64,000 bases of DNA. Source: a virus. Below are positions 29,050 to 38,430 of the stretch, one piece after another. The position numbers were made by a program, and so were the translations under genes. The notes under the pieces are model-generated. The model was not told where the DNA came from. It did no database searches and worked only from the letters and a program-made list of their open reading frames with translations. The DNA lies in IMG/VR virus record IMGVR_UViG_3300037483_000076, positions 31,563-95,562 of that record; one strand, 5' to 3'. Each line of letters begins with the position of its first letter. Within the stretch, counting starts at the first letter, position 1.

Positions 29050-29264
29050 TTTCTTAAAGATTTTTGTTTATCTTCTTCATTAGATGGAAAGAATTTCCAA
29101 TCTCTTATATTCCAACTATTAAATAATTTGTGAAGGAATCCTATTGATTTAAATCCTTGTTCGCTTGATTTAATGAACTTACGGATTTGTTTATTAGCTG
29201 CTCGTTTATCTGAACGATGTGCTTTGTCTGTAAATACAGCAGTCTTTTTAGTGGAGTTGCTCAT
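29046..29264 (-). CDS. Small basic hypothetical protein
   Basis: 72 aa, KR.ANK..R...SWNI.D pattern. Confidence 0.6.
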   Translation of the reverse strand: MSNSTKKTAVFTDKAHRSDKRAANKQIRKFIKSSEQGFKSIGFLHKLFNSWNIRDWKFFPSNEEDKQKSLRK

Positions 29265-29272
29265 ATTATTTA

Positions 29273-29641
29273 TTATCTGGTAAATCCTTCGATAATTCTA
29301 TTTAGGTTATTAAAAGAACGAATATACTGAGGATCTTTATGTTTTAATTGTAATTCGGTACGATTCTTATTATACCATATTATATTAGTCCTACCTGTAT
29401 ATCCTAATAATGTCATAATTTCAGAATGTTCTAATTTAAACATACTAACTAAGTAATAAGAAATAAATCTTCTACAGAGTACATGTTCCATTTTTCTTAA
29501 TAAAGGGAAAGCTATAATTTCATCTAATGTAAGATTAAAGTAATTCAGTACAATAGATACTATATCTTCTTTTGTTAGACTCTTTTTTGATAATATCCGA
29601 CATGAATTGTCGTCTAAGTCTATTTCTACTATGAGTTTCAT
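29273..29641 (-). CDS. DnaA domain-IV-like helix-turn-helix protein
   Basis: I...V..YF.L...EI....RK.EHVLCRRFISYYL...EI..LLG...T.I resembles the DnaA C-terminal DNA-binding domain. Confidence 0.6.
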   Translation of the reverse strand: MKLIVEIDLDDNSCRILSKKSLTKEDIVSIVLNYFNLTLDEIIAFPLLRKMEHVLCRRFISYYLVSMFKLEHSEIMTLLGYTGRTNIIWYNKNRTELQLKHKDPQYIRSFNNLNRIIEGFTR

Positions 29642-29668
29642 AAGTTTTGATAATTATGATAAATAAAA

Positions 29669-29757
29669 ATAGGACTATAATATATTAAGTTCCACCTCCC
29701 TATAAACTTCTAGTTAACTAAATAGTTCATATTAAGCTTAATATACTATAATCCTAT
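29669..29757 (-). ncRNA. Intergenic structured RNA candidate with a 21-bp closing stem
   Basis: ataggactataatatattaag/cttaatatactataatcctat; both mismatches become G-U on minus; U-run follows. Confidence 0.55.
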
Positions 29758-29764
29758 AAATGTT

Positions 29765-30223
29765 TTAATCGAGAGTTATTGTGATTTTTTGTAAAAGATC
29801 TTCAGATATTTCTATTTTGACCTTCTTTTCGTTGTTAAATTTGCTTAACTTATTAGACAAGTTATCTCTTTCTCTGTCTATATTTTTGATCTTTGTTGTA
29901 TGATCAACATTGTATTTCTTGTCACTAATTTTTAAATCACCTAGAAAATTACGAAATATTGTAAGTTCAGATAATAACTTTATGTTATCACTGTTACACC
30001 TATCTTCCCCCTTACCTTTCTTGAGATTAACTTCTTGAATAGAAGTATTTAGAGTTATAACTAGTTCAGTTATTTCATCTCTGATAAGCTCTAATTCTAC
30101 AATCTTGGAATCTGTTGGATTTTTTTCATAAATTTCTCTTATTTCTACATAAGTCTCGTTTCTAGTGTTTTCCAGCGCTTTCTTAAGCTGCACTGCTTTC
30201 ACTAGACTGATTGTCTTCTTCAT
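29765..30223 (-). CDS. Coiled-coil hypothetical protein
   Basis: 152 aa. Confidence 0.7.
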   Translation of the reverse strand: MKKTISLVKAVQLKKALENTRNETYVEIREIYEKNPTDSKIVELELIRDEITELVITLNTSIQEVNLKKGKGEDRCNSDNIKLLSELTIFRNFLGDLKISDKKYNVDHTTKIKNIDRERDNLSNKLSKFNNEKKVKIEISEDLLQKITITLD

Positions 30224-30289
30224 TGATATCGTGTTACTACGGGCTTTAAAATGCCCTTATTTGACATATATGATAATTGTATTAATCTT

Positions 30290-30979
30290 TTATAGCATTG
30301 ACATAAATAGATTGATATCCTTAATTGTAATAAGACTATCTTTATTCATATCAACAATCTTGTTTTGTCTGTATACTTTTTTAGATATATCTACTTTTTT
30401 ACCATTGTATATTCTATCTTTTCCTATGACTGTACTATCATGTTTATGTAAGTCAATTGGACTGAATATAGCTAAATAGACATCAGATGCTTTATGCATC
30501 TTTTTGTTTCTTAAAGCTAGTTTGAAGTATTTGTGAACATAATCTAACTGTTGTAGTACAGTCATTTCTTGTAGATCTTCAGTTGTTGTTCCAAGACGTA
30601 CGGCAGTACTAGGTAAAAATCCTATTAAACCTACTGCACCAGAATGGATGTTTGGTCTACCTTTTAAAATAGGTCGTCCATACTTATCTTTATCCATCTC
30701 AATGTAGAATATCTTGTAAAGCCACTGTGACCTTATTCCTAAATCTTTAGCAATACTTCTAATCTTCTTTCTGTCTTCCTTAGTAAATGTAGAGGACATT
30801 TTGAAGTGTTTGACTGTTTTCATATCTATAGAATCTAAATAAATATCAGATGTACTTTCTATAGGTTCTTGAACTGTAATTGCTATTTGGTTTAATTGTT
30901 TCCTCTCCATCTTTGATAGATTGGGAGCAAACGTTGTATTAAACCAAAACATTAGGAATACAAATATGTACTTTTCCAT
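30290..30979 (-). CDS. Lytic transglycosylase / lysozyme-like protein with an N-terminal signal or anchor
   Basis: Hydrophobic N-terminus; catalytic-like IE; SGAVGLIGFLPSTA..LG; QLDYV.KYF; C-terminal D.NKD..IT..D loop. Confidence 0.75.
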   Translation of the reverse strand: MEKYIFVFLMFWFNTTFAPNLSKMERKQLNQIAITVQEPIESTSDIYLDSIDMKTVKHFKMSSTFTKEDRKKIRSIAKDLGIRSQWLYKIFYIEMDKDKYGRPILKGRPNIHSGAVGLIGFLPSTAVRLGTTTEDLQEMTVLQQLDYVHKYFKLALRNKKMHKASDVYLAIFSPIDLHKHDSTVIGKDRIYNGKKVDISKKVYRQNKIVDMNKDSLITIKDINLFMSML

Positions 30980-31037
30980 ATTATTTGTTTTGGTTTGACA
31001 TGATTCTCTATTGCTAGAAAATCGTTAACGGTGTAAT

Positions 31038-31064
31038 TATACGTAAGGCTTTAGATAAGGGTTA
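31038..31064 (-). promoter_or_regulatory. Putative promoter TAACCC-N15-CGTATA upstream of the transglycosylase
   Basis: Same motif as the three copies at 46.85-47.66 kb (AAC-N17-CGT here). Confidence 0.5.
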
Positions 31065-31071
31065 TTTATAA

Positions 31072-31239
31072 TCACGTAGTTATATTTGCTTCTAAGCTTT
31101 GATGCATAGCTCACCTATATTTGATATATAGGGTGATAGGACTACCTCGGAAAGGTCATAACTTTAGTCCCAACCCCAGATATTTGAGTATCTGAGGCCA
31201 ATTTGTGATTAGTTTAAAGTCCAAGTTCCCCAACTTAGA
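31072..31239. ncRNA. Multi-hairpin intergenic RNA candidate
   Basis: tcacctatat/atatagggtga, ggacta/tagtcc, cagatat/gtatctg. Confidence 0.45.
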
Positions 31240-31776
31240 CTAGGTATTTATTAGAGATATGAAGCGAAATCTGTCATTTCTATCTTGTTTATTCTCTAGG
31301 TTTAATCGCCTTATATAATTAAAAGCATCACCTAATCCGTCTTTTAAAGTAGTATGAGTAATTCGCAAATTACTTATAACTTCACCAATTGTTATTTTAT
31401 CTGAACTACTTTGAGGTAATTCAAACTGAGATCTTTCTACTAACAGCTCGACTTTAGAGCTATTTCTTATTTTTACAAATTCGAAGTATATATAATCAAT
31501 GATGTTTTTACGGGAAGATAATATATCTCGTAAATACTCATTATATACTACATAATAGTTTTGATTTCCATTCCTATAATTACTTAATCTCTTACTTAGA
31601 TCAGTAAAAGCTAATTCAAAAATATTTACTTTACTTCCAAAGGAAATCCAGTGTTTCTTGAATCTTATGTTACCACTATTTGAGATAGTGATATAACTAT
31701 ATTCAGGAAATAACGTTTTTAAGATAAGCAATATTCGTTGCTTTCTAAGACTCGTGATTTCTAATTTTGATTTCAT
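31240..31776 (-). CDS. Hypothetical protein
   Basis: 178 aa. Confidence 0.65.
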   Translation of the reverse strand: MKSKLEITSLRKQRILLILKTLFPEYSYITISNSGNIRFKKHWISFGSKVNIFELAFTDLSKRLSNYRNGNQNYYVVYNEYLRDILSSRKNIIDYIYFEFVKIRNSSKVELLVERSQFELPQSSSDKITIGEVISNLRITHTTLKDGLGDAFNYIRRLNLENKQDRNDRFRFISLINT

Positions 31777-31816
31777 TTTATGTGTATGATTTATGAAATA
31801 CTGTTGATCCAGTAAG

Positions 31817-32242
31817 TCAAGTTCGTCCTAACTTATTCACAGAGTGATATAAGTATAGGTTAAAATGAAGTCTACTCCTTATTTCTTGTAATCCAACCGT
31901 CTTTACGTCTGAGATAGAAACAGATTCATATGTTGTTACAATAGAAGTATACACTTTACTTATTCCAAATATAGGAATTAGTAAGTTACTACTATTTAAA
32001 TTTGTTGAATGATTATTACTATATATATTAGCAATACTATTCACGTAATAATGGATGTTTGTTCCACTATTGATGAAAGAATAGTTTGTATCTAATACAT
32101 TTGTTGCTAGCACAACATTGTTATCAGTACATGTAGCTAATACAGTAATATCATTCTTTTTTATTGTGTCTGTTGAGGTTGTTATATTTGATAGAAACAT
32201 ACCTATGAACAAACTGATTAAAAGAACGATAAACTTTTTCAT
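31817..32242 (-). CDS. Secreted or membrane hypothetical protein
   Basis: MKK followed by a hydrophobic signal-like segment. Confidence 0.6.
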   Translation of the reverse strand: MKKFIVLLISLFIGMFLSNITTSTDTIKKNDITVLATCTDNNVVLATNVLDTNYSFINSGTNIHYYVNSIANIYSNNHSTNLNSSNLLIPIFGISKVYTSIVTTYESVSISDVKTVGLQEIRSRLHFNLYLYHSVNKLGRT

Positions 32243-32246
32243 GATT

Positions 32247-32804
32247 TTAATTTATTAGTTTTGTAAAATTTAAGATATTTTGATAATCTCGATTAAAACA
32301 GTACGATAATATGTCGTACAAATGATTTTGAAGTAGAATTACACTTATGGTAAATACTATAGTAATAACCATTGTTCCTTGCCAATTCATAGAGTTTTTA
32401 GCATAGGAAAATAGATAGTACACTCCTGATATTAGTAACAATCCTATAAGTAAGCTTGTTATAAATTTAATTAATGTATCTGCCCTAGCTTTCTTAAATA
32501 GTTCGTCACTAGTTATATTTAGAAATATACATACTTCTTCAATTTTTGTTGAACTACTGTTTAAAGCATCCTGCATCAGTAGTAGTCTGGAATCTCCCTG
32601 ACTTACTAGTTCCTGCATAACTTCTGTAGCTTTTGTTATTAATGCATCATCTCCTTTTTGATAACGAGGTACATTAATAGATACATTTGTTTTTATCAAT
32701 ACAGAATCACCATTAGCAACTCTTCTCTCAGAAGGTTGAACTGTATATGATGATAATGTTATAGCAAATACTGCTGTTAATATAAGATAAAGTAATTTCT
32801 TCAT
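32247..32804 (-). CDS. Membrane protein
   Basis: Signal-like N-terminus and two C-terminal TM segments. Confidence 0.7.
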   Translation of the reverse strand: MKKLLYLILTAVFAITLSSYTVQPSERRVANGDSVLIKTNVSINVPRYQKGDDALITKATEVMQELVSQGDSRLLLMQDALNSSSTKIEEVCIFLNITSDELFKKARADTLIKFITSLLIGLLLISGVYYLFSYAKNSMNWQGTMVITIVFTISVILLQNHLYDILSYCFNRDYQNILNFTKLIN

Positions 32805-32832
32805 AATTTGTTTGATTAAATTAATGATAAAA

Positions 32833-32866
32833 ATTAGAGACTACTCAATTAAGAGTAATCCCTAAT
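32833..32866 (-). terminator. Intrinsic terminator
   Basis: attagagactactc/gagtaatccctaat with two G-U pairs on minus, followed by a U-run. Confidence 0.65.
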
Positions 32867-32875
32867 AATTAGTTA

Positions 32876-33376
32876 TTAGAAGCGTTTGTTTGCAATAAGT
32901 TCTTCCATATAAGTCCTTTGAGACTTAATGTCCGAAATAATCTCTTCTTGTTTTTCTTCTTCCTTCTTGATCTTTTTTAATTCGTTAATACAAAGAGTTT
33001 CGTATTTTTCGATAGCATCCTCTTTGCTAAAGAAGTACCAAGGTCCTTTACTAAGGATACGAGACCTCTGTAATGGAAGATCAATTTCGTTATTGATGGA
33101 AACGAATCCCCTTTTTTTAAAGGATTGACTATCAACTTCAATTGTACGAACCATAAATCCGTCAAATCGTGGAGCACCATTATTACGTTCATCGTCTTTG
33201 ATTGAACGAACTGTTATTTCAAAAATGACTCCTTCGTTATTAGCAATATCATGAAGAAATTCACTACGAAGTCTTTTGAGTTCATTATCGGTTAATTCAC
33301 GAGCATCGTTATCAAATAAACTCTTTTTTGTAGATTCTTCTGAATCATTTTGATCGATCAATTTTTCTTTGGCCAT
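32876..33376 (-). CDS. Hypothetical protein
   Basis: 166 aa. Confidence 0.7.
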   Translation of the reverse strand: MAKEKLIDQNDSEESTKKSLFDNDARELTDNELKRLRSEFLHDIANNEGVIFEITVRSIKDDERNNGAPRFDGFMVRTIEVDSQSFKKRGFVSINNEIDLPLQRSRILSKGPWYFFSKEDAIEKYETLCINELKKIKKEEEKQEEIISDIKSQRTYMEELIANKRF

Positions 33377-33383
33377 AATTTTG

Positions 33384-33821
33384 TTATTTAAAATTTAAAA
33401 CGTTTTTGATTTTAGTGATAATTGTTAACAAATTTGATTTTTTAGGTAGATTTAACTCTTCCCCAAGAGTAAATATTTTTTCGAACTTATTTAATTTTCC
33501 GATTAAAATTGGATCATCTACTTCAATTAAACTTGAAGCAAACTCAATGTTTTCAATACTATTTTGATTTTTGTAATTGATATGTGTTTTGATCCATACA
33601 TTCGCTAGAGGTGAAGAGGTATTACCCCATTTACCTTTGTCACACATTGCTTTTGATGTAGCATAGTTTTTCTTATAAGGTTTAATAAAGATAACTTGTT
33701 GTTTTTTATCTCCATCTATTACCTCATATACCAACTTGATACCTCCCATTTCAGTATCTTTGATTATCTTATTACCAGAAATTTCAGGGATATCTTGACT
33801 AATTATTCTATATTTTGACAT
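33384..33821 (-). CDS. Hypothetical protein
   Basis: 145 aa. Confidence 0.7.
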   Translation of the reverse strand: MSKYRIISQDIPEISGNKIIKDTEMGGIKLVYEVIDGDKKQQVIFIKPYKKNYATSKAMCDKGKWGNTSSPLANVWIKTHINYKNQNSIENIEFASSLIEVDDPILIGKLNKFEKIFTLGEELNLPKKSNLLTIITKIKNVLNFK

Positions 33822-33843
33822 ATTAATTAGATTAAAGATAAAA

Positions 33844-35260
33844 AAGTAAGCAGTCCTTTGACAGCAGAAGCCAATTATTGGTCGTTTCTGAGAATTCTGT
33901 AACTATTGCTAATTTTGTAATTCTACTGCTTATTTGTAATATACGAATGAGCTGTCTATTTTTTTGTATAGACTTACTATTTTGTTGTTTACGATATTTA
34001 ATCGTTATGAACTCACTATATCGCTATGATCTTCGAAATCTGTTACTTATGAGATAACTAGCTCAAGTGTTACGGTATTATTAGCCATATCCGTAGGCCA
34101 CTTATCTTCTAATTATATATCTCCATATTTCACTATGAAGCTGATTAATCCATGTACAACCTTACAGTTGTGTTGCGACTAATCAATAATTATTGATAAA
34201 TACAAGAAAGTAAATTTGTTATTTTTGGTAATATTGTTTGGGAAGGTATTTCTGTAACTCAGAATGAATTACATGGAGATAATGTCTCATATACATTGGA
34301 TTGTATAGGACGTAAATATCGACCTTAATTTACACATTTCATTGTATATTGAATTCTATACAACTTCCTTTCAACCTGTCGTAATTGGAATATTCGTACA
34401 GTATGTGACTCCAGTTCATTTTCTTAAGTACTGGTAACAATCAGGTGTTTATACCCATTTCCCAGGGACACCACAAACTGAATTATCTTTTAATACACCA
34501 GTGATTTGACACTGAATCTGAGACCACCTATTTACGATAGGCTCCACGTTCCACGTAGATGTATACTAAAATTACTTCTATAAAATAACCGACTTCTTCT
34601 ACCGCATTTGTTTGTCAAAGGGTTTTACTCTAAAGAACACCTACATTTTTATGTTAATTTGTCTTCGTTAGCCTTTACACAACCAGTTGTCGGGAATCTC
34701 ACCCTATCGCTAATCATAATGTTATACAAGGAGTATTATAAACAAATAGTATTAGTATTTGAATTATGTACTAGAAGGAGTTTATCATAGAAATATGGAT
34801 AACTTCTATAATAAACTCGTTAATGTAAGATAGTCAAACTGTGAACGAATCACTTTTCTCATTACTGATAGTTTGAACTGAAGTACACTATCTTCTAATA
34901 ATAGGTCTTTATAATACGAAGGATCTGCTATAATCCTGACGACTTTAGAGTAATAACTTAGCGCTATGAGTTACCTCGTAGTTATTATTGTTCTCTAGTG
35001 AGTTTAATTGTAAGTTGTGTTGTGTACATTTTAGGATGTACGTTCTCCTTTATTTGTAATAAAAGTTTTAATCTAGGCATGTTAAATTCAGTACGCCCTA
35101 TGGTATTTAAAAATATGTAATAAATACCACCATACATTTGTTCATTATTATTGGACAAGCCTACACGATATTAGGTACATTGAACCAATTCGCTAATACC
35201 GCTTTATTGCAATTTAGACCTCCTCTATTAATTAAAATAGAATCTCCTCCTTACAGTAAA
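33844..35260. ncRNA. Large ORF-free structured region (about 1.4 kb); candidate giant ncRNA or ncRNA cluster
   Basis: No credible ORF; many local and nested long-range inverted repeats (see findings). Confidence 0.55.
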
Positions 35261-35268
35261 GAATTATC

Positions 35269-35361
35269 TTACGATGTTGAATTTGGAGGATTTTTATGTT
35301 CATATAATATATGATATACTATCCAACAAAGTATAAATATTATAGCAATACCATGTATCAT
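35269..35361 (-). CDS. 30-aa single-TM peptide (not in ORF track)
   Basis: MIHGIAIIFILCWIVYHILYEHKNPPNSTS; ATG lies 1 nt after the upstream stop. Confidence 0.5.
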   Translation of the reverse strand: MIHGIAIIFILCWIVYHILYEHKNPPNSTS

Positions 35362-35362
35362 A

Positions 35363-35497
35363 CTACATTTCCTCCCAAGCTTCAAATTTTAATATCCTTA
35401 GTTGTTTAATTGTGAACATACTAGTTAATATTGATGTAACTGTAGTTCCCTGTGCTTTATAGAGCTTTCCATCAAATTTAAAGATGAATATTTTCAT
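35363..35497 (-). CDS. 44-aa hypothetical protein (not in ORF track)
   Basis: MKIFIFKFDGKLYKAQG...; overlaps the end of the upstream gene. Confidence 0.5.
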   Translation of the reverse strand: MKIFIFKFDGKLYKAQGTTVTSILTSMFTIKQLRILKFEAWEEM

Positions 35498-36890
35498 AAT
35501 ATCTTCTGATTATACGGTTATAACTATCTCGTTGAAAATCACCTATAGGAATAATTTCATCTATATATTCAAAACTGCTAGTTTTTGAATTGATGATGAT
35601 CCTATATTGTTCAAGAGTTAAAATGAATCTATCATATGATAATCCTAGGTAATCTAGGACATCTTGATCAACATTGATCAAAAGAATTAACTTATTATCA
35701 TTTGATATTAATAGACAAGATTCTATGGTATTAATGTGGTTAAATACATTTTCTACGTCATTTGACATTATATAACCAAATTTTCCATGTACAACACTTT
35801 CTTTTCTACCACTAAAAAATAGATGTTGATTAAAATCGCTTGAGATATTTATCTGTAGATTATCTTCTTCAAATAAACTAGATAAAGGTAATTCTTCACT
35901 TAGTAGTCTACCAACGGATCCTTTTAGAAATCTTGCAGGATGTTCATAAGCAGTTATACCACATTCTTCAACTCTGCCAAAAGTTGTAGTATAAGGTATT
36001 TTTAGTTTATTTAACATATCCTCTATCTTTTGTGGTAGTGTAGAGTTCAGGATAATCAATTGTTGTAACTTAGGAAATAACTTCTTTATTTTTGATTTAA
36101 GATAGTATTTTCTAAATATCCACAATTTTAGATCCTTTAGAATGTTATTTTTGAAATCTTCAACATTCTCTATGTATTTCTTATAGAGAAGCATAAAATC
36201 AAATGCTGTAAGTATTACAACTTCTGGTTCATGCTCCTCTAACTCATGTCTTAATCCATAACTATCTTTGTTTTGAGGAATTACTATTGTTATTCCACAA
36301 GTTAGTGGTAGTAATACAGAGATTAGATAGTTATAGGTAAATTCTACCTGTCCTAAGTAAGTAGTACTCTCATCAAATACTTTATTCCTTCCAAGTAATA
36401 TCATGGTATTTAATATTTTATCATGATCTATAGTTACTGGAATTAACTTATTAGGAGATATTACTGATATGGATGTATTTGTTTCAAATATGTCCCCATC
36501 TTTTATTGGAAACTTTGTAAAGATCTTTATATTAATTACATTACATAAAAAGTAATAATCATCATATTGTTGATCAGTTAATACTAACTGTATATTCCAA
36601 CGAGGAACTGATACAATTAGATCTTCAATATCTGACTTTATACTAAATAATACTAATTTATGCCTACTAAATAGTATGGCAAAGAATGTAATTATCCAAT
36701 CAACACTGTTTTCAGCAACTAGTAAAATTCTAATAGGCGATTTATACGCTTTGTTTAGAATTTCAGCAAGTGCCCTGGATCTTTTAAAAATATATCTGTA
36801 TGTATAACTTTTACTATTATATATTACAAAGATGTTTTCTAAATAGAGTTCAAAGAACCCTATAATTTTTTCAATCAATTTGCTTTTCAT
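35478..36890 (-). CDS. Degenerate AMP-binding (long-chain acyl-CoA synthetase-like) protein
   Basis: YTY, ENSVDWI..FFA, FGRVEECG, GSVGR, GRKE, IESCLL match the ANL fold; the canonical TSGTTGxPKG loop is absent. Confidence 0.7.
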   Translation of the reverse strand: MKSKLIEKIIGFFELYLENIFVIYNSKSYTYRYIFKRSRALAEILNKAYKSPIRILLVAENSVDWIITFFAILFSRHKLVLFSIKSDIEDLIVSVPRWNIQLVLTDQQYDDYYFLCNVINIKIFTKFPIKDGDIFETNTSISVISPNKLIPVTIDHDKILNTMILLGRNKVFDESTTYLGQVEFTYNYLISVLLPLTCGITIVIPQNKDSYGLRHELEEHEPEVVILTAFDFMLLYKKYIENVEDFKNNILKDLKLWIFRKYYLKSKIKKLFPKLQQLIILNSTLPQKIEDMLNKLKIPYTTTFGRVEECGITAYEHPARFLKGSVGRLLSEELPLSSLFEEDNLQINISSDFNQHLFFSGRKESVVHGKFGYIMSNDVENVFNHINTIESCLLISNDNKLILLINVDQDVLDYLGLSYDRFILTLEQYRIIINSKTSSFEYIDEIIPIGDFQRDSYNRIIRRYYENIHL

Positions 36891-37218
36891 AGCCTATTAT
36901 TGTTATTTTTTGATTATTAACAAATGGATGAATTACTTCGTCTAACTTGAATGTTTGTCCAGAATTATGGATAGTGATGAGATAGTTATTACAATGATCT
37001 GGTTCAGTTATTTGATTTTCAACCACTATTTTCATTGTGTTATTCTCATTAGTTATAGTAAATACACTGTTTCTACTTAAACTAATTTTAGCCATTATCT
37101 TATTAAAACATTTAGTTATATTAGTTATAGCTAATATAGATGGAGTTTTACCTACACTATGATTAGCTATCTCTATTTTTCTCATTGAATTAATGAGATC
37201 ATTACTGTCTTTTGTCAT
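36871..37218 (-). CDS. Hypothetical protein
   Basis: 115 aa coupled ORF. Confidence 0.6.
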   Translation of the reverse strand: MTKDSNDLINSMRKIEIANHSVGKTPSILAITNITKCFNKIMAKISLSRNSVFTITNENNTMKIVVENQITEPDHCNNYLITIHNSGQTFKLDEVIHPFVNNQKITIIGYEKQID

Positions 37219-37717
37219 AAAAAATAGATTTATATTTTGAACTATTATCTAATAAGGATTTTTGATTTCCTAAGATGTTAGCGCATTTTTTCTTCGGTAC
37301 AATTGTACCAGCGGTAATGTTATTAGTCCTATCTGTGTAATCAGATAAGAATAAAATGAGTTCGCTTGATCCATTTGATGTATCAATTGAATCTTTTAGT
37401 TCTTCCAGGATTAAATAACCCTGTTTCATCTCCATTGATGATAATGCCCATACATTTGACTCTTCAGTGTAACCCAATATCTTTCTTCCTGATAATAGTG
37501 GAAGAATAAGTCCCTTGAGTTGAAGATTAATCTCCTTAATACGAGAATCTACTTCGTCGAGCATTTCTTGGAAATACTTATTTGTGTGTAATATAACTCC
37601 TGTTTCAGCACTGTTTGATCTGGCTTTAATTAAGAATTCTTTGTATAGTCTTAGTTTAAAGATATTTTTAGAATATCGGACTATACGTTCAATTACTGTA
37701 TTTTCTTGCTTTTTCAT
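37202..37717 (-). CDS. Hypothetical protein
   Basis: 171 aa coupled ORF. Confidence 0.65.
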   Translation of the reverse strand: MKKQENTVIERIVRYSKNIFKLRLYKEFLIKARSNSAETGVILHTNKYFQEMLDEVDSRIKEINLQLKGLILPLLSGRKILGYTEESNVWALSSMEMKQGYLILEELKDSIDTSNGSSELILFLSDYTDRTNNITAGTIVPKKKCANILGNQKSLLDNSSKYKSIFYDKRQ

Positions 37718-37938
37718 ACTAATTCGGTTAATTCATTAATAATACAACCTCTGTGATTATCTGATTCTTCAGTGTGAATGAATCTACCATCACTATCTTG
37801 CCAGTTAGAGTATGTCGTAACTATACCATATTTAGTTTCACTAGGATCTATGGTTATTTTCCTAAGAATATTATTCATTAGTTCAATTAGTGATGGTCTA
37901 TTATTACTACAAACTCTTATTATTAGTTCATGCGCCAT
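37714..37938 (-). CDS. Hypothetical protein
   Basis: 74 aa coupled ORF. Confidence 0.6.
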   Translation of the reverse strand: MAHELIIRVCSNNRPSLIELMNNILRKITIDPSETKYGIVTTYSNWQDSDGRFIHTEESDNHRGCIINELTELV

Positions 37939-37943
37939 ATTTA

Positions 37944-38315
37944 CTATTTTAAATAAGTTTTACGAATTATTTCACGAGCTAAATCCATATCACCTTTAGC
38001 TTTAGTTAAATAATCTATCGCTTGTTTGATAGAACATGCACTAAGATCTCTTAATCTTTGTATTTCAATAGATGAAGGAACATAATCTAATTCAAAGTAT
38101 TCCTTTTCTTTAATGACTTTTTTAATGTTTGGTTTAGAGCATTGTTCTATAAAGTCTTTTTTAGTTCCAAAATAGATTTCATTATGTTCTAAGTTTAAAG
38201 ATACAAATGGTATTGTTTCCATTTCATCACCTTTATAAACAAGAATAGTCATTCCTTCTTCTTTTGCAAACTCAGTAATACTTTGTATTAATTTGTTAAG
38301 TTTTAAATCTGTCAT
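37944..38315 (-). CDS. Hypothetical protein with a C-terminal EF-Ts N-terminal/UBA-like motif
   Basis: IQRLRDLSACSIKQAIDYLTKAKGDMDLAREIIRK resembles the EF-Ts N-terminal (VKELR..TG......K.AL....GD.E.A...LR) UBA-like helix bundle. Confidence 0.6.
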   Translation of the reverse strand: MTDLKLNKLIQSITEFAKEEGMTILVYKGDEMETIPFVSLNLEHNEIYFGTKKDFIEQCSKPNIKKVIKEKEYFELDYVPSSIEIQRLRDLSACSIKQAIDYLTKAKGDMDLAREIIRKTYLK

Positions 38316-38340
38316 ATAATTGGTTTTAATTAGACATAGT

Positions 38341-38379
38341 AAAAAGAAGAGAGGTATGACATCACTGCCACCCTCTCTT
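38341..38379 (-). terminator. Intrinsic terminator after the 713-aa gene
   Basis: aagagagg/cctctctt hairpin with a U-run on minus. Confidence 0.6.
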
Positions 38380-38430
38380 GTGTCTAAAGGAGGTTGCCCC
38401 CTAAACTATGAAAGATAAAAAAGGAGTAAT

